Below, piece by piece: positions 1 through 8,531 of a DNA stretch of 32,000 nt. Every line of letters starts with the position of its first letter. The first letter of the stretch is position 1. Below the pieces are notes generated by a model. It saw only the letters and a program-made list of their open reading frames with translations, had not been told where the DNA came from and made no database searches. The stretch is from NCBI GenBank assembly GCA_023402395.1, contig JAEYGI010000063.1:8569-40568 (forward strand), read 5' to 3'. The stretch is from Bacillota bacterium (lineage in GTDB: Bacteria > Bacillota > UBA4882 > UBA8346). A program made the translations under genes and the position numbers.

Positions 1-375
1 TTACGACCGAAAACAGATTAGAAAATCATGAAACGAGCTTATCCAGCTTCCTCAGTTTTGAGACTCCAGGCTTCGGTCAGAAGTTTGTGGATTTTTGATA
101 CAAAAATTTAACGTTGTATAAATTCTTTTTATATTCAACGTTTCCTGCTCCTTTCAGTGTGGACCGGTAAAAATTGTTTGGAAGAAGTTCAGTTGAAATA
201 TTGGATTCGGATCCATCGTATGGAAAATCGGCTCAAAACGAATACTACGTCCCGAAAAGGCGGCTTTTACTGAAAATCCCTGAGGTTTAAAGGAAGACCA
301 GGCAGGATTTGAATTGGAGGCCAACGAAATATAGATGCGATCTAATATTGATCCAAGATGTTGAGGGGTGATCCG

Positions 376-2073
376 GTGTCGACTCCGCGTAACCGATTGG
401 TGATCATTGCAATTTCACTCTGGTTTGCCGCATTCACGATTTTTTCACCATTTTCCCTGGCTGAGACGAAATTTTTTCCGGTGGAAAAAGTCCGGCCGGG
501 CATGAAAGGAACCGGATATTCCGTTTTTTCCGGGACCAAAGTGGAGGCGTTTGACGTCCAAATCATATCCGTGGTTGAGGATAATTCTGGAAAAGATCAA
601 TTGATCCTGGTCAAACTCTCCGGGGACCGGATCCAGGAGAGCGGCGGACTGGCGGCGGGAATGAGCGGCAGCCCGGTTTATCTCAAGCGGAAATTACTCG
701 GCGCCATCAGTTACGGGTTTGAAAACGCGGATTCATTTCTGGCGCTGGTTACTCCGATTCAATCGATGGAAAAATTGTGGTCCGGATCATCCGAAGCCAT
801 TGCCGCTTTTCGGCTTCCCTTCCGTCCTGTTCCGGTGATCACGCCGGTATTTGTAACCGGAATGGGGACACGCGGCTTTGAATTGATTAGTAAAACGGTA
901 GGAGGGTCGGGAGTGAAACCGGTCGCTCTCCCGGGCCCAACCGCGGCGATCGTCTCCCGACGAAAAGTCGATCCGCTCCGACCTGGCAGCGCCATCGCGG
1001 TTCAGATGGTCACCGGGGACTATCAGGTAGCCGCCATTGGTACGATGACCTGGATCGATCAAGACCGATTCCTGGCTTTCGGGCATTCTTTCACTAATAA
1101 AGGGAAAGTGGATTATCTGGCGCTGCAGGCGTATATCGCCCATACCGTAAAAAGTCCAGTGATGTCTTTTAAAATTGGAATTCCGATCCAACCGGTGGGC
1201 CGAGTCGTTCAGGATCGGCAAGCGGGAATCGCGGGACGGCTCAAGGAAACTCCCAAACTGATTCCGGTGGCGGTCAGGGCCACCGATGCCGACCGGGGAA
1301 TAATCCGTAATACTCATTTCCAGGTCGTTAATAATGAACAGCTTTATCGTGATTTGATTGTGGCCGGAGTAACGGATGCCATTGATCAGACCATTGACCG
1401 GGTGGGCAGCGGTAGCGCCAAAATACGTGTTAAAATCGAAACCGGAACCCCTTCCGAACCCATTGTGCGGGAGAACCGGTTTTGTGGCAAGGATATTGCG
1501 ATTGCCTGTGCAGCCGATTTGCGGAACCTTTTGGAGATCTTATCCGTCAATGAGTATACCCGGGCCGATGTTCGTTTGGTGCAGGTTGAGGCAGAGATTC
1601 GGGAAAAACAGGAAACTGCCCGTATCGTCAAGCTGGAATCAGCAAAGAAAAAATTCAAGCCGGGAGAGAGCGTTTCAATCAGTGCGCTGGTTCATACTTT
1701 CCGGGGCGAGTCAATGCGGATTCCGTTAGAGATCGAGTTATCGAAGCATATCCAACCGGGAAAGCTGTCGCTGACGGCATACGGCGGTTCCAAGGAAGGT
1801 AGCCTCGAAGAGAACACCACGGCCAAAAAAGAGGTTTTCAAGATCGATTACAAGGACGCCGATTCGTTATCGGAGTTGCTGGAGAATTATTTAAATACTC
1901 CGGTCAATAATCAAATCGTATTAGAGTACCAGTCTGCGCTTGATAATTCCAAAACCGGCGGAGACGCTGAAGATAGTGAGGAACGTGTTCTTCAGCCGGT
2001 ACGCCTAAAATCGGAGACACCATACTATATATTTGGTGAAGCGCAATTGACCATCGAAATTACTTCCGTGTGA
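376..2073 (+). CDS. Secreted S55 (SpoIVB-type) serine peptidase domain protein
   Basis: Track ORF 358..2073. A GAGGGG SD at 364-369 favours GTG 376. Signal-like N-terminus (LVIIAISLWFAAFTIFSPFSLA/ET). GMSGSPVY..LLGAISYGF (from nt 658) resembles the SpoIVB Ser motif GMSGSPI..GAVTHVF. AAIGTMTW..FLAFGHSF (GH at nt 1081-1086) resembles the SpoIVB His region. No PDZ domain is evident. Confidence 0.75.
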   Translation: MSTPRNRLVIIAISLWFAAFTIFSPFSLAETKFFPVEKVRPGMKGTGYSVFSGTKVEAFDVQIISVVEDNSGKDQLILVKLSGDRIQESGGLAAGMSGSPVYLKRKLLGAISYGFENADSFLALVTPIQSMEKLWSGSSEAIAAFRLPFRPVPVITPVFVTGMGTRGFELISKTVGGSGVKPVALPGPTAAIVSRRKVDPLRPGSAIAVQMVTGDYQVAAIGTMTWIDQDRFLAFGHSFTNKGKVDYLALQAYIAHTVKSPVMSFKIGIPIQPVGRVVQDRQAGIAGRLKETPKLIPVAVRATDADRGIIRNTHFQVVNNEQLYRDLIVAGVTDAIDQTIDRVGSGSAKIRVKIETGTPSEPIVRENRFCGKDIAIACAADLRNLLEILSVNEYTRADVRLVQVEAEIREKQETARIVKLESAKKKFKPGESVSISALVHTFRGESMRIPLEIELSKHIQPGKLSLTAYGGSKEGSLEENTTAKKEVFKIDYKDADSLSELLENYLNTPVNNQIVLEYQSALDNSKTGGDAEDSEERVLQPVRLKSETPYYIFGEAQLTIEITSV

Positions 2074-2111
2074 AGCGGGCTGCTAATATTATTGAAGCAA
2101 GGAGGGATAAT

Positions 2112-5100
2112 ATGAGACCCGTCGTCAATCGCAGAATATTGGTTTCGACCATTGCCGGGGTTGCCATTATCGGGCTGATATTATCCGCTCTTTCTTTTTA
2201 TTTATTGCGGGATCGGAGCCTTACCCGCCAACTTTCGTCCCAATTTCAAAAATCGCTTCAACCGCTTGGCTTGAACCTTCATTTTGATGAAATCCAGTGG
2301 CTGGGGTGGGCGCGATTCACTTGCGTCAGCCCGGTCCTGACCGATGCTTCGAACGGCGAAATTCTTTTAAAAGCGGAAGCGATCAATATTTCAGTCAATC
2401 CATTAAATTTTCTTATGAAGCCCAATCATCCGGAAGTTTTAATCAGCCAACTGGAATTGATTAAACCTTACGGAAAAATTGCCCGGCTAGAGGATGGGAC
2501 ATGGAATTTTCAACGATATTTACCGAAAAAAAAGCGAAAAAATTTTTTCCAGGCCAAATTAAAATTGACCGCGGGAATGATCGAATTAAGCGATCCACAG
2601 TATGGGGACCATCAATTCACTAAGATTAACGGCGCGATTGACTTCGGAGGTTATCCCAACTTCCGGTTCAACTTGGACGGAACCTCTGATCTTAATTACG
2701 ATTTGCGCTGGAGAGTAAGCGGAGCCGCCCGGATGGATCGCCTGACCGGGACCGGAACTGGTTGGCTTTGGAACGCCGAGCTCCAGAAGATCAGCGCATT
2801 TTTACCCCAGCGGTTTCAATATCCGGTTCGCAACGGAAACGCGGATCTGCGATTGGATTTTTCCTGGGGCGGGAGATCATTCTGGATTGATAGCGGTGAG
2901 ATAAGCGTGTCCAAAGCCAGGATTGCATTTCCCCGAATTGGAGACCGGATTGAAATCGATAAATTGGTCGCTAAGGTGCGTCCGGACCAATTGACGATCG
3001 ATCAGGCGCGGTTGCGATTAGGGACCGGAACGGTCAAGGCCGCCGGAAAGGTGGATCTCCGGTCAATGGCGCTCCAGCTGACGGTCTCCGGAAACCGGGT
3101 TTTAATTAACGATCTGAGCCAACTTGTTGGAAAAAATAATCATGTTTTCAAAGCCAGGGGAACTAGCGATTTCAGGCTTATCATCGCTGGAACGCTGGAA
3201 AAGCCGGTGTTTGACGGGGATTTATATATTTCCGGAGCCGAATTGATGCTTTCTGATTATCCCGCTGTTCGAAAGATTTCGGGGCGGTTTTCCGTTCGAA
3301 AGAATGACCTGACCGTTCACAACCTGGAAGGAAGATGGGGTGAGGCGATAGTCGGCCTTTCCGGGACCGTTCATCGGATATTAACACCGGAATTTGATCT
3401 AAAGATTTACGGAGTTGGAATTAATCCCGGGTTCACCCAAGTCGATCTCTCCAAGTTTACTCAGGATAAGCTGGGAATAGGGAAGGTCAATCTGGACGGT
3501 AAGATCACCGGCGGGTTGAAAACGGCCGGATTTTCCGGAACAGTTGATTTCGAGCATATCAAATATCAAAAAATTACGGCAAGGAATATTCATTCCGATT
3601 TGACCTGGGAAATTGGAACGAGTGGGCTCAATATCCATGAACTGAGCGCGGACCTTTGGAGTGGTAAGGTGCTGGCTCGGGGAGAAATTCGGATCAATCC
3701 CCGCAAAACTGAATGGCGGCTTTCCGGATCCGTGAAACAAGTTAATCTTTCGGAAATCCCGGTTGATCCCTCATTGGGGTTAAATGGTGAACTTGGCTTG
3801 GAAGTCGTAACAAAGGGAGAGTGGGAGTACGGCAAAGAATTCAACCCCGGAAGCGTCATGGGAACTTTTGAGGGGGAAAATTGCGATTTTAAAGAGTTTC
3901 ATTTGGAAGGACTTACTGGCTTATTCAGTTGGAAGCAGGGAGAGTTTACGGTAGAATCGATTCAGGGACGAATCGGCGCCGCCAACCAAGGAACGATCTT
4001 TGGCCGTTTAGCGTATGGTCAAAATGAGTTGACCGGCGATTTCAGTTTGAAGAATATCAGTTTAAACGCGATTGCTTCAAAAACTCCGTATCGGGATTAT
4101 CCATTGGATGGGCGGCTCGAGGGCGAACTTGAACTGCGTGGATCTTTGCAAAACCCGGTTGGGCGCTTTAACGGCAGTCTTCGCAAGGCTACCTGGTCTA
4201 ATCATCTTCTCGGCGATTTTGAAGGGGATTTGACGTATGACGATTTTCAACTGGAAATTGGGCGGTTGACAGGACATACTGTCGCTGGTGAACTGCAATT
4301 ACAGGGAACAATCGGCTTAGATGGCAGCCTCCCGTTGCAGTTAGAACTGGCTGGAACCGACTTCCAGCTTAAGAGTTTGGGTGAATACCTCCCATGGGTT
4401 AGGACGTTAAATATTGAAGGACTGGCAAATATCAAAATTAACGCTGGCGGCCGGTTGTCCAACCCGGAATTCTCCGGTACGGTTGATCTAATCAGTCCTA
4501 AGGTGAAAAATTTGGTCATGGAGCGAGGTAAGTTAATCTTCTCCGGGGTAGGAAATAGACTTCATGTTTCCGAGTTGTTACTGTTGGATCAAGACACTCA
4601 GATCCGGGCCGTGGGGGAGATTGGTCCGGAACGTATCGCTCTTGATTTTCGTACCGAGCGCTTCGACCTGGACCGGATCACTTTGAGATATGGCGGTAAA
4701 GATATACACGGCATCATTGATGCCGAGGGAAAAGTTTACGGGAAGCCGGGGCAACCGAAGATGTCCGTCACGGTTAATGGGAGTGATCTCGGTTACGGCG
4801 CGATAATGTATCAAAGCCTTTCCTCCGAGTTTCGCTGGGAAGCCAATCAGATTGAGATTGTCTCCGCCGAACTGCGGAAAGATTCAAGTTCGGTTCAAGT
4901 TTACGGCCGAATTCAAACCTCCGGCGCGGCCAATTTGGATATTGGAATAAGAGTTTCCGGATGCGAACTTCAGGATTTGATTGGCGAAACCGTTCTTCCG
5001 CTCAATGTCACCGGAAAGGTTTCCGGATTAATTCAGATAAGTGGGCCGTCTAACGATCCCGTCACTCGGGTCAACGGGAGAATTGACAATGGAACGCTCA

Positions 5101-6809
5101 ACCAGATTCCGATTAATGGAGAGTTTGATTTTGTACACTCCCGCCGTACCGTTAGGATCGAACGCTTGCGGTTGGAGCATGGAACAGGAACGATGATCGC
5201 TAACGGCCAGTGGGGGAACAGTCAAAGCATCAAACTAAAGGTCTCGGCGCATAATTTTCCGTTGCAGATTTTTCAATCCATCCTTAAATTTGAATCGGGT
5301 TTCCAAGGAAATCTAAACGCGGAAATTGGGTTAGAGGGAGATGGATCTGGCTATCATGGAGATTGCCGGATAGATGTTTCCGGATTGGGCTTCAACGGGA
5401 AGGTTATGGGGGACTTTTCTTTGGCCGGAATATTATCTGACCAAGGCCTGAAAGTAACCCAAGGGATATTAAGCCGGAAAAATGTCAGCAGTGGAGAAAT
5501 TCTGAAAGTCGAAGGGTATATCCCCTGGCCCGCCGCAATGCTCCAGGCTCTGAAACTTCCGGTAAGAACCGAGCTGATATATCGGTATTTGAATCTCGAT
5601 CTGAATGTAAAGAATTTCCCAGCCGAATCGCTGAATTTGGGTTTGGGCCAAATCGCCATTGAAAAAGGGTTACTTTTCGGGAGTCTACATTTGGTTGGGG
5701 ACTTGCGGGCTCCAGATCTCTTTGGAAATTTGAACTGTAGTGGAGGAAAGCTAACAACCTCCGAATTACCATTACCCATCGATGGGATTGAAATGAAATC
5801 CATTTTCGAAGGAAGAAAAATGGTAATTAATTCATTGTCCGGCTCTTATGGCAAAGGGCAGTTTCAGTTCTCCGGAACAATTGGGCTGGCAGACTGGTCC
5901 AAGCCGGAGTTGGACTTAACCTTTTCCGGCAACCGCCTGTATTATAACAACACTTATTTTGACGGGTATGGAGACGCCAAACTGAAATTAACCGGAGCAA
6001 TGGCTAAGCTTAAAATCGCAGGGGAAGTATCCGTTTATAATTGCAAAATGGGAGTTTTGAATCTACAATCTCATAAAAAAGCTCGAACTTGGAATCCCAC
6101 CCTTGATCTTGTTTTAAAAGCCAAAAGAAATGCCAGGTACCGGCAATATGGGATCGCCGATATGGTAGTGGAAGGCAGTTTGGATATCCGTGGCCCTATC
6201 GCCAACCCGCTCATCAACGGCCGGGCTCATTCAAAGTCCGGGGTTCTTACTCTCTACGGTCAATCATTCAAAGTCAATCGCGGGGAAGCGGTTTTTAATG
6301 ATTATCGTGGCTTTACTCCGTTTATCGATATCGATTCCAGTGTTCGAACATCCAAAGCCGAGGTGTTCTTGGGGATAAAAGGACGAATTGGCGGAAATGT
6401 TAATTTCAACTTAAGTTCCCAACCATATCTTTCACAAACCGAACTCTTCTCAATTTTGAATTGGTCGGAATTAAACGGGGATAAACCATTCACTCTCGAC
6501 GGAGCGTTTGATGGGAATATTACCATTGTGACGGATGCATTATTTGGAGAAGTTTTTTATGAAGTCCGGAAAGCTTTGAATGTTGATTACTTCTATTTGG
6601 AACATGATTTCCGCGAAAAAAGATTCAAACTCAACGTGGGAGACAATTTGACGAAAGATTTATTCCTATCGTATAGCCGGTGGGTAACGGATGAGCCGAT
6701 GGAAACATGGGGGTTGGATTATCAATTAACTCCAAAGTTGCTTGGAGGCGGATCTTATTCCACTGATCAAGGATTATCGGCGCGATTGATGTACCGGATT
6801 CGATTTTAA
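2112..6809 (+). CDS. tamB: TamB-like translocation and assembly module protein (AsmA-like, C-terminal DUF490-type region)
   Basis: Track ORF 2070..6809. SD AAGGAGGG at 2099-2106 lies 5 nt before ATG 2112. N-terminal TM anchor (ILVSTIAGVAIIGLILSALSFYLL), then more than 1500 aa of repetitive beta-rich sequence. The C-terminal region (NFNLSSQPYLSQTELFSILNW) ends in a beta-signal-like LMYRIRF. Confidence 0.8.
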   Translation: MRPVVNRRILVSTIAGVAIIGLILSALSFYLLRDRSLTRQLSSQFQKSLQPLGLNLHFDEIQWLGWARFTCVSPVLTDASNGEILLKAEAINISVNPLNFLMKPNHPEVLISQLELIKPYGKIARLEDGTWNFQRYLPKKKRKNFFQAKLKLTAGMIELSDPQYGDHQFTKINGAIDFGGYPNFRFNLDGTSDLNYDLRWRVSGAARMDRLTGTGTGWLWNAELQKISAFLPQRFQYPVRNGNADLRLDFSWGGRSFWIDSGEISVSKARIAFPRIGDRIEIDKLVAKVRPDQLTIDQARLRLGTGTVKAAGKVDLRSMALQLTVSGNRVLINDLSQLVGKNNHVFKARGTSDFRLIIAGTLEKPVFDGDLYISGAELMLSDYPAVRKISGRFSVRKNDLTVHNLEGRWGEAIVGLSGTVHRILTPEFDLKIYGVGINPGFTQVDLSKFTQDKLGIGKVNLDGKITGGLKTAGFSGTVDFEHIKYQKITARNIHSDLTWEIGTSGLNIHELSADLWSGKVLARGEIRINPRKTEWRLSGSVKQVNLSEIPVDPSLGLNGELGLEVVTKGEWEYGKEFNPGSVMGTFEGENCDFKEFHLEGLTGLFSWKQGEFTVESIQGRIGAANQGTIFGRLAYGQNELTGDFSLKNISLNAIASKTPYRDYPLDGRLEGELELRGSLQNPVGRFNGSLRKATWSNHLLGDFEGDLTYDDFQLEIGRLTGHTVAGELQLQGTIGLDGSLPLQLELAGTDFQLKSLGEYLPWVRTLNIEGLANIKINAGGRLSNPEFSGTVDLISPKVKNLVMERGKLIFSGVGNRLHVSELLLLDQDTQIRAVGEIGPERIALDFRTERFDLDRITLRYGGKDIHGIIDAEGKVYGKPGQPKMSVTVNGSDLGYGAIMYQSLSSEFRWEANQIEIVSAELRKDSSSVQVYGRIQTSGAANLDIGIRVSGCELQDLIGETVLPLNVTGKVSGLIQISGPSNDPVTRVNGRIDNGTLNQIPINGEFDFVHSRRTVRIERLRLEHGTGTMIANGQWGNSQSIKLKVSAHNFPLQIFQSILKFESGFQGNLNAEIGLEGDGSGYHGDCRIDVSGLGFNGKVMGDFSLAGILSDQGLKVTQGILSRKNVSSGEILKVEGYIPWPAAMLQALKLPVRTELIYRYLNLDLNVKNFPAESLNLGLGQIAIEKGLLFGSLHLVGDLRAPDLFGNLNCSGGKLTTSELPLPIDGIEMKSIFEGRKMVINSLSGSYGKGQFQFSGTIGLADWSKPELDLTFSGNRLYYNNTYFDGYGDAKLKLTGAMAKLKIAGEVSVYNCKMGVLNLQSHKKARTWNPTLDLVLKAKRNARYRQYGIADMVVEGSLDIRGPIANPLINGRAHSKSGVLTLYGQSFKVNRGEAVFNDYRGFTPFIDIDSSVRTSKAEVFLGIKGRIGGNVNFNLSSQPYLSQTELFSILNWSELNGDKPFTLDGAFDGNITIVTDALFGEVFYEVRKALNVDYFYLEHDFREKRFKLNVGDNLTKDLFLSYSRWVTDEPMETWGLDYQLTPKLLGGGSYSTDQGLSARLMYRIRF

Positions 6810-6955
6810 GGTATGAGTATACTTGAAACACCGTAATGGTCCAATAAACAATAGATAAGTGACTGGTCTGAATTTGTTCTATTATGTTTCAATCGTTTTG
6901 CTAGGATCGCGATAATGAGAGATGAGATAAATTGTAAAATTTTCCTTGAAGACGC

Positions 6956-6984
6956 TTGAAGGATATCCATGATCAAACTAGAAT
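6956..6984 (+). promoter_or_regulatory. Candidate sigma-A-type promoter for the sigma-factor gene
   Basis: TTGAAG (6956-6961), 17-nt spacer, TAGAAT (6979-6984), about 45 nt upstream of the TTG start at 7030. Confidence 0.3.
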
Positions 6985-7029
6985 TTATGACGTTAAAGTT
7001 TACTGAAAATTTTCCCGGGATGGTGTCCT

Positions 7030-7674
7030 TTGATCCAGCAGTATCTGGCCGAATTATCCAAGATACGATTGTTGTCGCAAGATGAGGAGAGCTTGCTCTG
7101 GGAAAGGTATAAAGTCGCCAGATCCCGCGAAGCCCGCCAACGGTTGATCGAATCCTATCAACCGTTAGTCTACAAAATTGCCTCACGCATCGCGGCTCAG
7201 GAGGAATTGTTCTTTGATCTGATTCAGGAGGGCACAGTCGGACTGATTGAGGCCACCGAGAACTTTAACCCAGGCTATGGCGTAAAATTTAGTACTTTCG
7301 CCCAGCACCGAATTCGGGGCCGAATGATTGATTTTTTGAAAAGGCAGCGCGGTACTCTCGACTCGTTGGAAATTGCCTTAAATGAGGAAGAGTTTGAAGG
7401 GTTGCTGACTCGAATCGCAGACAACCAGGTGAATGTAGAAGAAGAAGTGACCGTCAAGATGATTAGTCAGCAGGTTAATTCGGCGATATCCCGCCTGAAC
7501 CCGAAAGAACAAAAGGTGATTTATGATCTTTATCTTTTAGATAAAGAACCGGTTGTTTCGGCGCAGGAGATGAAGATCAGCCTGTCATATTATTATAAGC
7601 TTCAAAAAAAAGCGTTGCAGAGATTGAGGGGCATGTTATCGAAATTAAGGGCTGAAATGAAGATAAGCGGTTAA
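7030..7674 (+). CDS. Sigma-70 family RNA polymerase sigma factor, group 3 (FliA/WhiG/SigD-like)
   Basis: Region 2 motifs: RQRLIESYQPLVYKIASRI, DLIQEGTVGLIEATENF and FSTFAQHRIRGRMIDFLKRQ (compare FliA/SigD ..YA..RIRGA..D.LR). Region 4 HTH: LNPKEQKVIYDLYLLD..MKISLSYYYKLQKKALQRLR. TTG start with a weak SD. No flagellar genes are nearby. Confidence 0.8.
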   Translation: MIQQYLAELSKIRLLSQDEESLLWERYKVARSREARQRLIESYQPLVYKIASRIAAQEELFFDLIQEGTVGLIEATENFNPGYGVKFSTFAQHRIRGRMIDFLKRQRGTLDSLEIALNEEEFEGLLTRIADNQVNVEEEVTVKMISQQVNSAISRLNPKEQKVIYDLYLLDKEPVVSAQEMKISLSYYYKLQKKALQRLRGMLSKLRAEMKISG

Positions 7675-7830
7675 GAAATTTCAGGTCATATCCATGCCCT
7701 ATTCCAGCTATGCTCTATTTTTTCAAGTTAAAACGCCGAATTTCAGCTCAAACCGCCGGACAAATTCCGAAAAGGAATCACGATTATTTATTAAGATAAA
7801 TTATTGAAGTTCTGAAAGGCGGGATTCCAC

Positions 7831-8514
7831 GTGGAAAAAAATTGTCCTGAAATCCTTCTTGAACATATCGAAGAAGCCCAAGACTGGCTGGAAAAAGCAA
7901 AGGATGAATATAACCAGGCCAACAATATCCGGGGTGAAATGATTTTAAATCTGGCTCAAGCCGAAGTCAGACATGCTTGGGAACTAAGTCGCCGTCAATC
8001 CGTTTCAAGTGATGTTGCAGCTAAACCGAAGAAAAGGAATGGCGCCGAATTTAAAGTCCGCTATCTGTTACCGGCCGCAGCTTCAATAATTATTTTAAGC
8101 GGGGTAATTGTCTGGTTGAATGTGGGAAAGATAGATTATAAATCCCCGATCGCGCTTTTGTCACCGTCTTCGGCTGTATCTAATATGCAGGATATGCAGG
8201 CCAAAATGGCGAAAGACGCCGTCTCTAAGGAGACCGTGAAAGATTTGGCTTCAAAGGCTGATTCGGATGTTGTTGACCCCATCGTAGAACAGCATCCGCC
8301 GGTTCGTGTCGCACCACTACCGGAAACTTCAGCCAAGCAGGTCGTGGTTTCAGTTCCAACTGCGCCGCCTGAAGTGCCGGAAGTCCAGTCATCGGAACAA
8401 CGCAATGCACGAACTGGCATCAGTTATTCAAGAGTACAACCTGTTTCCCAGCTCTCGATCGACGAAGAAGCGCTGACCAGAGAAGCTACTCATAGTTTGA
8501 GACACGGGAAATAA
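7831..8514 (+). CDS. Single-pass membrane protein of unknown function (possible anti-sigma or sensor partner)
   Basis: GTG start preceded by AAAGGCGGGA. About 85 aa of helical cytoplasmic N-terminus, one TM (LLPAAASIIILSGVIVWLNVG), then a P/S/V/A-rich low-complexity exterior. It sits directly downstream of the sigma gene. No zinc-binding HxxxCxxC anti-sigma motif. Confidence 0.55.
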   Translation: MEKNCPEILLEHIEEAQDWLEKAKDEYNQANNIRGEMILNLAQAEVRHAWELSRRQSVSSDVAAKPKKRNGAEFKVRYLLPAAASIIILSGVIVWLNVGKIDYKSPIALLSPSSAVSNMQDMQAKMAKDAVSKETVKDLASKADSDVVDPIVEQHPPVRVAPLPETSAKQVVVSVPTAPPEVPEVQSSEQRNARTGISYSRVQPVSQLSIDEEALTREATHSLRHGK

Positions 8515-8531
8515 CCGAAGGGGGATATTTT

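Noticed and set aside
787-1317. 176-aa and 78-aa minus-strand ORFs inside the S55 peptidase gene.
   Set aside because: They are antisense shadows in a GC-rich stretch with R/G/P-rich nonsense composition, and the plus frame carries the protease motifs.
5354-5803. 149-aa antisense ORF, plus several 60-110-aa ORFs on both strands, within tamB.
   Set aside because: They are nested in a continuous 1565-codon frame with TamB features and have no independent signals.
6806-7186. 126-aa minus-strand ORF spanning the tamB-sigma spacer and the sigma-factor 5' end.
   Set aside because: It overlaps the motif-supported sigma gene and the tamB stop, has no SD, and has low-complexity composition.
7735-7742. 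Sigma-28-type promoter -10 look-alikes (GCCGAATT at 7735-7742 and GCCGACAG at 14915-14922) that might be targets of the local FliA-like sigma factor.
   Set aside because: Neither has a TAAA -35 element at the required ~15-nt spacing, and the match to GCCGATAA is only 5-6 of 8.
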